IMG/VR virus record: IMGVR_UViG_3300030099_001508
Coordinates: 2,646-66,645 of that record
From: a virus
Strand: one strand, 5' to 3'
DNA length: 64,000 nucleotides
Positions 30,726 through 39,365 of this stretch are shown in pieces. The notes beneath the pieces are model-generated. The model worked only from the letters and a program-made list of their open reading frames with translations. It was not told the origin of the DNA and searched no databases. Numbering within the stretch: the stretch's first letter is position 1; every line of letters starts with the position of its first letter. The position numbers and the translations under genes were made by a program.

Positions 30726-30733
30726 TATAAATA
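30726..30733 (+). promoter_or_regulatory. T4 late promoter
   Basis: TATAAATA upstream of the 30781-31433 pair. Confidence 0.7.
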
Positions 30734-30780
30734 GTAATGTAGTTTAAATCAAAACTACTATTTCGGAAAAGGAGACTATA

Positions 30781-31017
30781 ATGTCAGTAGCAAGCGCTGT
30801 GTATGAGCGTACTTGTCATGTGTGTGATGCAGTAAGATTATACTTTCAAAGAGCAATTATCCAAATGCAAAGAGGCAGACAGTTAAGTGCGAACAATAAA
30901 ATAATGCACGATTTAAGATGGGAGTATCCCCATAATGGAGATTTGAGATATCATTTGAATGAAATGAATGATAGAACAAATGCAGAGTATGATAAAAAAC
31001 TAGAGGAGTTAAAATGA
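30781..31017 (+). CDS. hypothetical protein
   Basis: AGGAG RBS; CxxC. Confidence 0.65.
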   Translation: MSVASAVYERTCHVCDAVRLYFQRAIIQMQRGRQLSANNKIMHDLRWEYPHNGDLRYHLNEMNDRTNAEYDKKLEELK

Positions 31018-31433
31018 TTAGATTATTTACAATATTATTTGTTATGCTTTCAACTTCTGTATATGCAGAAGATATGACGATTGAAATGTTGAATAAACGA
31101 GATGACGGTGCAAAGATGGTTTATTCAGAAGATATAGCCAGAGTAGATGTGGGTGACACAATTACTTGGGTGCCAACCAGTAAAGGACATAATGTCCAGT
31201 TTGTAACTGTACCAGAGGGTGTAGAAAAAATCAAAAGTAAGAATAACAAAGAGGTTTCTTTTACTTTTGAAAAAGAAGGTGTATATCTTTACGTTTGCAC
31301 TCCCCATAAAGGCATGGGTATGATTGCACTTGTAATAGTGGGTGATTCGCTAGAAAACCTTGATTCGGTCAAAAAGACCAAAATGATGGGTAAATCTAAG
31401 AAAAAACTGAAAAAACTAGTAAAAAATCTATAA
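31014..31433 (+). CDS. pseudoazurin-like blue copper protein with signal peptide
   Basis: Signal peptide ending VYA; IEMLNK...MVY; GHN and CTPHKGMGM type-1 Cu ligands. Confidence 0.9.
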   Translation: MIRLFTILFVMLSTSVYAEDMTIEMLNKRDDGAKMVYSEDIARVDVGDTITWVPTSKGHNVQFVTVPEGVEKIKSKNNKEVSFTFEKEGVYLYVCTPHKGMGMIALVIVGDSLENLDSVKKTKMMGKSKKKLKKLVKNL

Positions 31434-31443
31434 TTAATAAATT

Positions 31444-31471
31444 AAACCCTTGATTTTCAAGGGTTTTTTTT
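31444..31471 (+). terminator. intrinsic terminator
   Basis: AAACCCTTGA-TTT-TCAAGGGTTT followed by T run. Confidence 0.8.
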
Positions 31472-31494
31472 AGCCTATTTTTCCCAAAAAAGAC

Positions 31495-31523
31495 TTGACT
31501 CTGTTCTCAAAACAAGATATACT
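31495..31523 (+). promoter_or_regulatory. sigma70-type early promoter
   Basis: TTGACT-N17-TATACT. Confidence 0.75.
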
Positions 31524-31554
31524 CTAAGAGTAAGATAAAGAGAAAGAGGTAAAA

Positions 31555-31761
31555 ATGAGTAAAATTAAGAACTACATGATGGATATCGAAGAGAAGGTCT
31601 TTGATATTGAAGGTCTTGAAACCAAGATTGGTGAGTGTGAACATATCGCAGAGATGAAAGCCTTTGTGGTAGAGAAGTTGGGTTTGACAACTCATTTCGA
31701 TATCGGTATCGCAGAAGGTGTGGTAGACGATATGTGGAATGATTTTTGGGGGTACTATTAA
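31555..31761 (+). CDS. small early hypothetical protein
   Basis: GAAAGAGGT RBS, MSKIKNYMMD start. Confidence 0.7.
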   Translation: MSKIKNYMMDIEEKVFDIEGLETKIGECEHIAEMKAFVVEKLGLTTHFDIGIAEGVVDDMWNDFWGYY

Positions 31762-31768
31762 AAAGTGC

Positions 31769-31797
31769 TTGACATTGTTGTCACAACATGGTAGAAT
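31769..31797 (+). promoter_or_regulatory. sigma70-type early promoter
   Basis: TTGACA-N17-TAGAAT. Confidence 0.75.
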
Positions 31798-31825
31798 GAT
31801 AATATAATTGAGAGAGAGGTAAATT

Positions 31826-32074
31826 ATGAAAATCGCAAAAAACATCAAAGACATTGAATTCAACGACACAAATGTGTATGGTACTTGGATGCCAGTATCA
31901 GAACCAATCGTGATGGCTTCTGCCGCTGGGTGGTATGTCGGTTCGGTCTGTAAAGACCCAGATTGTGGTGGTATGATTGTGCCTTACAATAGGTATACTG
32001 ATTACATGACACAAGAGAATGCTCAAAAGTGTCTTGATACACCAATGGAACAAGGAGGCTTTTATGAAGGATAA
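31826..32074 (+). CDS. small early hypothetical protein
   Basis: GAGAGAGAGGT RBS; SAAGWYVG...PYNRYTDY. Confidence 0.7.
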   Translation: MKIAKNIKDIEFNDTNVYGTWMPVSEPIVMASAAGWYVGSVCKDPDCGGMIVPYNRYTDYMTQENAQKCLDTPMEQGGFYEG

Positions 32075-32267
32075 AAAGTATATCGTTTATACTCAAGCGA
32101 ATAAGTTGGGTTTGAAAGGTGAGTTTGATAATGCAAAAGATGCTATCAAATGGGCAAAAGAAAATGTGTATGCTTTCGATTACTTGAAAGAGAGAAAGGA
32201 TACATGGGAGATTTTGTTTGAAGAACTATTAGTCTGGATTGGGAAAGGAGAAATAATCGAATGTTAG
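32064..32267 (+). CDS. small hypothetical protein
   Basis: AGGAGG RBS before MKDKK. Confidence 0.55.
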   Translation: MKDKKYIVYTQANKLGLKGEFDNAKDAIKWAKENVYAFDYLKERKDTWEILFEELLVWIGKGEIIEC

Positions 32268-32590
32268 ACTTTTTAGCGTGTGATTCAGTAAACATCAACA
32301 TGACTAGTTTACAAGGAAAAATCACCACCACCTACGATAAGTTAGTTGAGGTGTTTGGTGAACCAACTATGACAGATGCAAGTCCTTATGAAAAGGTCAA
32401 TGCACAATGGGCAATAGAGTTCAAAGTTCCTTTTACAGATGATACTGGAATAGAAGACTTTGAAACTGTAACTGCTACTGTTTACAATTGGAAAGATGGA
32501 TATATTCCTACTGAAAAGTATGATTGGCACATTGGTGGTTTCGATAGTGAAGCTGTAGATTGTGTTGAAAAAGTACTTGACTCTGCGTAG
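32261..32590 (+). CDS. hypothetical protein
   Basis: YDKLVEVFGEP...TVYNWK...WHIGG. Confidence 0.7.
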   Translation: MLDFLACDSVNINMTSLQGKITTTYDKLVEVFGEPTMTDASPYEKVNAQWAIEFKVPFTDDTGIEDFETVTATVYNWKDGYIPTEKYDWHIGGFDSEAVDCVEKVLDSA

Positions 32591-32611
32591 ACTTTCTGAT
32601 AGGATAACATA

Positions 32612-32743
32612 ATGTTGAAATTTATCTTAGGGATAATTGTAGGTTTTGTGATAGTATCATATTACCCACAAATAATAGTACATACCACTGATTTAATAAA
32701 AAACAGTGGAGTATGTGAACAAATATACAAACTAAATAACTAG
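32612..32743 (+). CDS. 43-aa membrane peptide (not in ORF track), likely leaderless
   Basis: MLKFILGIIVGFVIVSYYPQ...; ATG just after TTGACT-N17-TAGGAT (32577-32605). Confidence 0.5.
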   Translation: MLKFILGIIVGFVIVSYYPQIIVHTTDLIKNSGVCEQIYKLNN

Positions 32744-32753
32744 AAGGAGCTTT

Positions 32754-33050
32754 ATGAGATACAAGTATAATAATAGAAACTTTCATAGAAAGAAAGACAA
32801 GTATCCAAAAGATGAAGGTATGACCGTAACGGTTCGACAAGTTAAGAATAAAGACGGTACTACTACATCTGATGTAAATGGTGCTATAAGAGTTCTTAAA
32901 AAGAAACTAATGAAAGATGGTTTTTTCCAAGAACTTAGAGAAAGGTCTTACTTCACAAGTAAGGGTGAAAAACGTAGAAAGGCAAAAGCTGCTGGAAGAC
33001 GTAGATATCTCAAAAAAGTTGAAAAAAGAAAAGCGGAGTTAGGATATTGA
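32754..33050 (+). CDS. rpsU: phage-encoded ribosomal protein bS21
   Basis: VTVR...DVNGAIRVLKKKLMKDGFFQELRERSYFTSKGEKRRKAKAAGRRR. Confidence 0.88.
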   Translation: MRYKYNNRNFHRKKDKYPKDEGMTVTVRQVKNKDGTTTSDVNGAIRVLKKKLMKDGFFQELRERSYFTSKGEKRRKAKAAGRRRYLKKVEKRKAELGY

Positions 33051-33448
33051 GCGATAATGTCATAGAATTTCCAGTTAAATTTAAAGGTCAAAAAAAGATA
33101 CCAATCATTGATGATTTAGATGCTGTTAAAATGAAAGAAGATTTAGATTTCTGTGATAATCTTGCAGAAGGTCTAATGATTAATCTGATTCATAATGTAG
33201 GTGAAAATGGTTTTGATATTAAGAAGGATAGATTTATAGGTGACATAAGTTTCCTCAATGAAGTAGTTAGAGGAGCTCTATATAGACAAATGGGATTTTC
33301 ACATCCCATGCAAAGTTTTATGGACTTGGTTGTTAAAACTGAATTGAATGAAGAAGATAAAACTATAGTGACAAAAGTGAATTTACATAAGATTGACGAT
33401 TTAATTCCTCAATCGAAAGATGATGGTAACGGAGATGATATTAGTTGA
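33047..33448 (+). CDS. hypothetical protein
   Basis: DNVIEFP start, HPMQ motif. Confidence 0.65.
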   Translation: MSDNVIEFPVKFKGQKKIPIIDDLDAVKMKEDLDFCDNLAEGLMINLIHNVGENGFDIKKDRFIGDISFLNEVVRGALYRQMGFSHPMQSFMDLVVKTELNEEDKTIVTKVNLHKIDDLIPQSKDDGNGDDIS

Positions 33449-34289
33449 TATGAACCAAGTGACACTATCTAATCTGATGGTGCAAATTGGTGGACGAAAA
33501 GAAATAGAACCAGACTTAGTTAGACATATGGTTCTGAATTCTCTTAGAGGATATCGTAGTAGATTCTCTGGTGAGTATGGTGAACTTGTGCTTTGTTATG
33601 ATGACAAAACTAATTGGAGAAGGGATGTATTCCCTAACTACAAACATAGTCGTAGAAAAGATAGAAAAGCATCTAAATTAGATTGGAATTCTATCTTTGA
33701 TACTTTACATTTAATTCGTGATGAATTGAATGAATTTTTCCCATATAAAGTATTGCAAGTAGAAAACGCAGAGGCTGATGATATCATTGCATCTATTGTT
33801 TTTCATGTTGCAAAAGAACCAAAGAATTATGAAAAGGTATTGATACTCTCTGGAGACAAGGATTTTATTCAACTACAACAACATAACTTTGTATCGCAAT
33901 ATAGTCCAACTCAAAAGAAATTTATCAACGGTGTAGACCCTACTACATATATTAAGACGCATATACTTCAAGGTGATAGAAGTGATGGTGTTCCAAACTT
34001 TTTATCACCAGATAATACTTTTGTAGATGAACTAAGGCAAAGGCCTATCTCAAAAAGAAAACTTGCGACTTGGATTGAATTGAACCCAGAAGATTTCTGT
34101 AATGAAGATATGATGAGAAATATTCACAGAAACAGAACTCTAATAGACCTCAATTACATTCCAGAAGAATTAGTGAACAAGTGTATTCAAACTTATTTGA
34201 ATATGCCTGACGGAGATAGAAAACAACTACTAAATTATTTTATCAAGTATAAACTTAAAAACTTAATGGAGAATATTGGAGATTTCTAA
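33420..34289 (+). CDS. rnh: T4 RNase H / 5'-3' exonuclease
   Basis: ILVD, WRRDVFPNYK, EADDII, SGDKDFIQL, GDRSDGVPN. Confidence 0.95.
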   Translation: MMVTEMILVDMNQVTLSNLMVQIGGRKEIEPDLVRHMVLNSLRGYRSRFSGEYGELVLCYDDKTNWRRDVFPNYKHSRRKDRKASKLDWNSIFDTLHLIRDELNEFFPYKVLQVENAEADDIIASIVFHVAKEPKNYEKVLILSGDKDFIQLQQHNFVSQYSPTQKKFINGVDPTTYIKTHILQGDRSDGVPNFLSPDNTFVDELRQRPISKRKLATWIELNPEDFCNEDMMRNIHRNRTLIDLNYIPEELVNKCIQTYLNMPDGDRKQLLNYFIKYKLKNLMENIGDF

Positions 34290-34756
34290 TGGCAGTTAAA
34301 ACATATACACCACTTTTGTCAGAAGTTTTGACAAAGGTGAATAACGCAAAAACTAAAGATAAAAAGATTGCAGTTCTAAAAGAACACGATAGTGAAGCTC
34401 TTAGAATGGTAATAAAGTCTTCTTTTGACCCAAAAATTAAATGGGTCTTACCAGAAGGCTCTGTTCCTTTTAAACCTAATGAGGCGCCAGAGGGAACGGA
34501 ACATACGCTTCTTTCTCAAGAAGCAAGACGATTATATCACTTTATTGAGGGTGCAGATAATCAAACACCTAGAATGAAAAAGGAAACTATGTTCATTCAA
34601 ATGTTAGAAGGATTGCATCATTCAGAAGCAGAAGTTATTTGTCATGCAAAAGATAAAGTTCTGCATCAAAAGTACAAAGGTCTGTCAGACAATGTTGTGA
34701 AAACAGCGTTTGGTTGGAATGATGATTATGTGAGACTTGACTCTGTACAAAAATAG
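34289..34756 (+). CDS. conserved T4-like hypothetical protein
   Basis: LPEGSVPF...ETMFIQMLEGLH; typical rnh neighbour. Confidence 0.75.
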   Translation: MAVKTYTPLLSEVLTKVNNAKTKDKKIAVLKEHDSEALRMVIKSSFDPKIKWVLPEGSVPFKPNEAPEGTEHTLLSQEARRLYHFIEGADNQTPRMKKETMFIQMLEGLHHSEAEVICHAKDKVLHQKYKGLSDNVVKTAFGWNDDYVRLDSVQK

Positions 34757-34765
34757 TGTTATAAC
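34737..34765 (+). promoter_or_regulatory. sigma70 promoter with extended -10, driving the sRNA
   Basis: TTGACT-N14-TG-N-TATAAC. Confidence 0.7.
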
Positions 34766-34771
34766 TGTAAT

Positions 34772-34863
34772 ACGATTCGAGATATGGTAACCTCTCACTC
34801 TCTCTCTCAAAGACCATATGCGAATCACACTAGGGGGTAGTTGTGGCTACCCCCTCTTTTTTA
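34772..34863 (+). ncRNA. candidate small RNA: hairpin with 24-nt CU-rich loop plus terminator hairpin
   Basis: GATTCG/CGAATC and ATATGGT/ACCATAT stem, loop AACCTCTCACTCTCTCTCTCAAAG, then terminator; no credible ORF. Confidence 0.7.
34832..34863 (+). terminator. intrinsic terminator
   Basis: AGGGGGTAG...CTACCCCCT followed by CTTTTTT. Confidence 0.85.
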
Positions 34864-34957
34864 TTTCCCAAAACCCTTGATTTATAAGGAAAAAAATAAT
34901 GCTTGACTTTACTATTGAAATAGTATAGCTTGAAGGTATAGTCAGAAAGAGAGAAAT

Positions 34958-35383
34958 ATGAACATAGTTGAAGTAAATGGTGGAAACAAAGTGCAGAGAG
35001 AAATCTGTCATAAAGTTGTTAGTCATATGATTAAAAAGTTACTTCCTAAATTTAGAACTTTAGATATTACTGTTAATTTAGTCACTATCAAAAGTGATGC
35101 GATTGGATTTTGCATGATGCAAGATACTAATCGTGAGTTTGAAATAGAACTTGATAAGAAAATAGGTATCAAAGATTTGGTACAAGCATTATGTCATGAA
35201 ATGGTTCATGTTAAACAGTATGCAAGAAATGAAATGAATGATGGTATTGTTAAAGGTCATGCTAGATGGAAGTCTAAAATGATTCCAGAGGATACCAACT
35301 ATTGGGATTTGCCTTGGGAAAAGGAAGCCTATAGAATGGAAAAGAAACTTGCAGATGATGTTTGGGAAAATGGAGTAATTTAG
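34958..35383 (+). CDS. HExxH metallopeptidase-like protein
   Basis: LCHEMVHVKQY...PWEKEAY. Confidence 0.8.
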   Translation: MNIVEVNGGNKVQREICHKVVSHMIKKLLPKFRTLDITVNLVTIKSDAIGFCMMQDTNREFEIELDKKIGIKDLVQALCHEMVHVKQYARNEMNDGIVKGHARWKSKMIPEDTNYWDLPWEKEAYRMEKKLADDVWENGVI

Positions 35384-35386
35384 TAC

Positions 35387-35415
35387 TTGACTTTGTTCTC
35401 AAAACATGGTACTAT
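35387..35415 (+). promoter_or_regulatory. sigma70-type early promoter
   Basis: TTGACT-N17-TACTAT. Confidence 0.7.
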
Positions 35416-35444
35416 GATTCGTAACAATGAGAAAAGAGGTTATT

Positions 35445-35669
35445 ATGAAAATGGCAAAACTGACAGCAGAACAGATTGTTGAGATGCTTGCACGAATGAG
35501 TGATGCAGAGAAGCAGAAAACTGCAAATCTTATGGTGAACAAGTGGTTTCACTTGACAAAGAGTTTTGTGAGTATGGTTGATGCAGAAATGCAAGACCAA
35601 TTCATGAATGAACAGGCAGAAATTTTTGAGATGCAAAAGGCTGCCGAAAACGGAACTAAATTATTTTAA
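35445..35669 (+). CDS. small early hypothetical protein
   Basis: AAGAGGT RBS. Confidence 0.6.
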   Translation: MKMAKLTAEQIVEMLARMSDAEKQKTANLMVNKWFHLTKSFVSMVDAEMQDQFMNEQAEIFEMQKAAENGTKLF

Positions 35670-35680
35670 CGGAGAGAGAA

Positions 35681-36016
35681 ATGACACAAGTTGCTGTAAT
35701 TCATGCTGCTTTTGGTGATACACCACATACAGTAGCATTAGTAGATGCACCAGAGTTGCCATCCTTGAATGAGACTTTGGAGTACGCTTATCGTTGGACT
35801 AACAACGTAATGGGTTCATGGTCTATCAAGAAAGAATTTTTTGAGAACGGTGAACCAAATGGTGATTATAACCCTAACGTCACTGTGATGGCACCTTTAC
35901 ATGAAGGTGGTATGGGTTTACGGTCAACCTCAATGGGTGACCAAATGTTAGTTGGTAACAAGAAGTATGTTGTTGCTATGATGGGATTTGAAACTTTGGA
36001 AGGAGAACCAGTATGA
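35681..36016 (+). CDS. hypothetical protein
   Basis: LEYAYRWTNN...GLRSTSMGD. Confidence 0.7.
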   Translation: MTQVAVIHAAFGDTPHTVALVDAPELPSLNETLEYAYRWTNNVMGSWSIKKEFFENGEPNGDYNPNVTVMAPLHEGGMGLRSTSMGDQMLVGNKKYVVAMMGFETLEGEPV

Positions 36017-36285
36017 CAATTAAAGCTAAAGGTAGACCATCTACTACCGTCATAGACCTAGATGGTTCTCAAGGGAACGCTTTCGTTCTCTTGGGATATG
36101 CAAATGAAACCATGAAGAAAAGTGGGTTTGATAAAGAAACAAAAGATAGAATCTTGAATGAGATGAAATCTGGAGACTATATAAACTTACTGAGAACTTT
36201 TGAAAAGTATTTCGGTAGTGTTTACACACTTCAAACTTCTAATCCAGAATATCTGGATGCGTTTATGGTAGAAAAAAGTGCTTAA
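36013..36285 (+). CDS. hypothetical protein
   Basis: IDLDGSQGNAF...SGDY. Confidence 0.7.
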   Translation: MTIKAKGRPSTTVIDLDGSQGNAFVLLGYANETMKKSGFDKETKDRILNEMKSGDYINLLRTFEKYFGSVYTLQTSNPEYLDAFMVEKSA

Positions 36286-36823
36286 AGAACTATTAACTAC
36301 TTTTGTTGTGTCTGCATCAGCTTCTGGTGTAGACGTAACACCACATGATGTAACACAGTATCTAGACAAACAGGCAACTTGTCTTGCAAAAAATATGTAC
36401 TACGAAGCTCGTAGTCAAGGACTTGCTGGACAACTTGCAGTTAGTCTAGTTGTATTAAATCGTGTAAAAGACGATAGGTATCCTAATACAATCTGTGAGG
36501 TTGTACATCAAGGGCCTGTTAGAGAATCTTGGAAAACTAGAGGTAAGGATGTTCCAGAGCATGAAAGAAAATACTTTCCAATAAAAAACAGATGTCAGTT
36601 TAGCTGGTATTGTGATGGTAAAAGTGATGACCCAAAAGAACCAACAACATACGGTGCATTATATGACATGGCACTTGATTTAGTTTATGGTGATATATCA
36701 GTTGTAGATATAACTGAAGGTGCAACACATTATCATGCAGATTATGTTTATCCTGCTTGGAGAAAAACTAAAACTAAAACAATTGAGATAGAAGACCATA
36801 TATTTTATAGGTGGGAAAAGTAA
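36278..36823 (+). CDS. cell wall hydrolase, SleB/Hydrolase_2 family
   Basis: CLAKNMYYEAR, VVLNRV, CQFSWYCDGK, GATHYHA, HIFY. Confidence 0.92.
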   Translation: MLKELLTTFVVSASASGVDVTPHDVTQYLDKQATCLAKNMYYEARSQGLAGQLAVSLVVLNRVKDDRYPNTICEVVHQGPVRESWKTRGKDVPEHERKYFPIKNRCQFSWYCDGKSDDPKEPTTYGALYDMALDLVYGDISVVDITEGATHYHADYVYPAWRKTKTKTIEIEDHIFYRWEK

Positions 36824-37084
36824 ATGCAAGAGATGTCTAAATTTACAGCTTTTAAGTATCGTACACCAACAGAAGAATATAATGATAAACAAAAAGAAGT
36901 TGTAAATATAGTTAGAGAAATTGTTAAAAAAGTAAAAAAAACATCTACACATTGTTTAGTGATTTATGATAAAGCACAGAAAAAACTAAAGAGAAAAAAG
37001 TTACATGAGGAACTTACTGACCACGAATTACTTGAATTATGTAACGATATGTGGGCAGCTCGTTTATGTGGGATAGAATATTAA
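36824..37084 (+). CDS. hypothetical protein
   Basis: ORF track. Confidence 0.5.
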   Translation: MQEMSKFTAFKYRTPTEEYNDKQKEVVNIVREIVKKVKKTSTHCLVIYDKAQKKLKRKKLHEELTDHELLELCNDMWAARLCGIEY

Positions 37085-37085
37085 T

Positions 37086-37286
37086 ATGGCAATCGGAGTA
37101 ACAAAACATTTATTTGAGTTTACTGGTCTGGTAGGTAAATGTGATAAAGGTCATGTTGTAAAAATTCTTGATAATGGATTTGGATTCTGTCCAGAGTGTA
37201 CAGAAGAGGGTGATTTAAATCACACATTATGGGCACCGCCTGGTTATGTATGTAAGGGTGGTTCTAAACTTGAAGATATTAAATAG
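37086..37286 (+). CDS. small Cys-containing protein
   Basis: C..H...CPEC. Confidence 0.5.
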   Translation: MAIGVTKHLFEFTGLVGKCDKGHVVKILDNGFGFCPECTEEGDLNHTLWAPPGYVCKGGSKLEDIK

Positions 37287-37294
37287 GTGAAAAA

Positions 37295-37549
37295 ATGAAA
37301 TTAAGTGGTTATACAAAAAAATATAATATCAATAATGGAGTTGGATATACATATCAATTTGAAAATGGATATGGTGCATCTATAGTAAAACATGATACAT
37401 CTTATGGTGGAAAACAAGGGCTGTATGAAATCGCAGTACTTGACTCCACTGGAGATTTATGTTACAGTACTCCTATTACTGATGATGTAATCGGTTGGGC
37501 AACCGAAGACAAAGTATTAGACACTTTACATAGGATTAAAATGTTATGA
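37295..37549 (+). CDS. conserved phage hypothetical protein
   Basis: FENGYGASIV...SYGG...GLYEIAVL. Confidence 0.75.
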   Translation: MKLSGYTKKYNINNGVGYTYQFENGYGASIVKHDTSYGGKQGLYEIAVLDSTGDLCYSTPITDDVIGWATEDKVLDTLHRIKML

Positions 37550-38139
37550 ACTTTTTTTATTTAGATGAAGACCCTTGGACTTCTATAGAATATCATTGTG
37601 ACAAACATATAGTCAAGATGCCTACAGAATACAAACAGATGTTGTGTACTGCACATAGAGTTCTTGATGGTGAAATGTACTATGATAAAACTGCAAGAGG
37701 TCATAAGATTAAAAGATGGAGACACCCAGACCGTAAGATGAACAAATATTTGTATCTTGCTGGTCATGTCAATCACCCAACTAATATATGGCTAAGGGAA
37801 TGTCGTGAGAATTATATGTTAATGTTTACCTACTATAAACTCATTTGTGAGGAATATACATATAGGTATGGTAAAGAACATGGTGCAAAAGAAAACTGGT
37901 GGATGTTACGAGAACCACCAAAGAATATGCCTAGTTTAGGAAAGACTACACCAGTACCACAGGCTATGAAAGAGTTTCCACAGTGTATGGTAAAAGGTGA
38001 TACAGTACAAGCATATCGTAATTTTTATGTTGTTGCAAAGAGAAGGTTCGCAACTTGGAAAGAAAGAGGAGCTCCAGTATGGTACAAGAATATGACCCAG
38101 AACCAGAACGGTATTATGATTGGATGCTCTGGAAAATGA
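37546..38139 (+). CDS. pyrimidine-dimer DNA glycosylase-like protein
   Basis: MNFFYLD...HCDKHIVKM..E..QML...HVNHP...AYRNFY. Confidence 0.75.
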   Translation: MNFFYLDEDPWTSIEYHCDKHIVKMPTEYKQMLCTAHRVLDGEMYYDKTARGHKIKRWRHPDRKMNKYLYLAGHVNHPTNIWLRECRENYMLMFTYYKLICEEYTYRYGKEHGAKENWWMLREPPKNMPSLGKTTPVPQAMKEFPQCMVKGDTVQAYRNFYVVAKRRFATWKERGAPVWYKNMTQNQNGIMIGCSGK

Positions 38140-38369
38140 GACAAGAGAGGAAAATAATGTCAGATGACCCACTAGATTCACCTATAGATGATGTTAGTAA
38201 AGATAATCAACTAAGTGGATGGATAGAAAAACCACATATGTCTAGAGAAGAAATGTGGATGAAAGAAGTAGCTGAAATGCAAAAAACAAATCATCAACTG
38301 ATGTTGCGAATTAAAGAACAACGTCAAGAGATTGAAAAATTAAAGAAGAAGATTGATGCCAACTTATAG
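38079..38369 (+). CDS. hypothetical protein
   Basis: YDPEPERYYDWMLW; AGGAG RBS. Confidence 0.55.
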   Translation: MVQEYDPEPERYYDWMLWKMRQERKIMSDDPLDSPIDDVSKDNQLSGWIEKPHMSREEMWMKEVAEMQKTNHQLMLRIKEQRQEIEKLKKKIDANL

Positions 38370-38661
38370 TTTTAAAAATACTGAAACTGGAGAAGAGTTT
38401 GAAGAATTATTTTCCATGTCAGATAGAGAAAAGTTCTTAGAACAAAACCCACATATAAAACAATTACCATCTTTGTTTGCCATGTCATATACTGGCACTG
38501 GTGATAGAATTAAAAATGATAGTGGATGGAAAGACAACCTTTCACGAATTGCAGAAGCACATCCTGGCAGTCCACTTGCATATCGCCACGGCAAGAAGTC
38601 TACAAAGGATATAAATACTAGACAAGTATTGAAGAAACATAAGATTTTGAAGGATGTGTGA
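38353..38661 (+). CDS. FmdB-like small protein (Cys-less)
   Basis: MPTYSFKNTETGEEFE. Confidence 0.7.
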   Translation: MMPTYSFKNTETGEEFEELFSMSDREKFLEQNPHIKQLPSLFAMSYTGTGDRIKNDSGWKDNLSRIAEAHPGSPLAYRHGKKSTKDINTRQVLKKHKILKDV

Positions 38662-39365
38662 TGGCGAAAAAACAAGACGTAAAAATTGATGATTTGGTAA
38701 CTATTAAACCAATCACAGATAATCAAAAAGTTGCCTTTGAGGAATGGAAAAAAAATAATAAAGAATTATTCCTTCATGGAGCCGCTGGAACTGGTAAAAC
38801 TTTTATCTCTTTATATCTTGCACTGGAAAAAGTATTAGACCCAAGTACACCATATCACTGTGTATATCTAATTCGTAGTGCAGTTCCTACAAGAGAGATT
38901 GGTTTCTTGCCGGGCGATGAAGAAGATAAAACTGCATTGTATCAGATACCATATCAAAACATGGTGCAGTTTATGTTTGAACAACCTAGTGACCAAGCAT
39001 TTACAATGTTATACGATAGATTAAAAGCACAAGGCTCTGTTATGTTTTTAACAACATCATATCTGCGTGGTATTACATTAGACAACTCTATTATCATAGT
39101 TGATGAATGTCAAAACTTGAACTTTCATGAACTAGATACAATCATGACAAGAGTTGGTCAAGATTCCAAAATTATTTTCTCTGGTGATTTCTTCCAATCT
39201 GATTTAACTAAAAGTGCAGACAAAGATGGTATGCCTAGATTTTTAGATATCATTTCGGAAATGGAAGAATTTGCTTCAGTAGAATTTAATATTGGTGATA
39301 TTGTTCGTTCTGGTTTGGTACGAAGTTATCTAATCAGTAAAACAAAAAAAGGAGTTGAAGTATAA
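38658..39365 (+). CDS. phoH: PhoH-like ATPase
   Basis: GAAGTGKT, IGFLPG, YLRGITL, VDECQN, DIVRSGLV. Confidence 0.95.
   Translation: MMAKKQDVKIDDLVTIKPITDNQKVAFEEWKKNNKELFLHGAAGTGKTFISLYLALEKVLDPSTPYHCVYLIRSAVPTREIGFLPGDEEDKTALYQIPYQNMVQFMFEQPSDQAFTMLYDRLKAQGSVMFLTTSYLRGITLDNSIIIVDECQNLNFHELDTIMTRVGQDSKIIFSGDFFQSDLTKSADKDGMPRFLDIISEMEEFASVEFNIGDIVRSGLVRSYLISKTKKGVEV

Noticed and set aside
31502-31514. Spacer palindrome as a LexA (SOS) box
   Set aside because: Does not match the alphaproteobacterial GTTC-N7-GTTC or the GAAC-N4-GTTC box; kept only as an unknown operator
34774-34826. GATTCG/CGAATC pair as GcrA sites
   Set aside because: More simply explained as the base of the sRNA stem, so not counted as evidence for the GANTC finding
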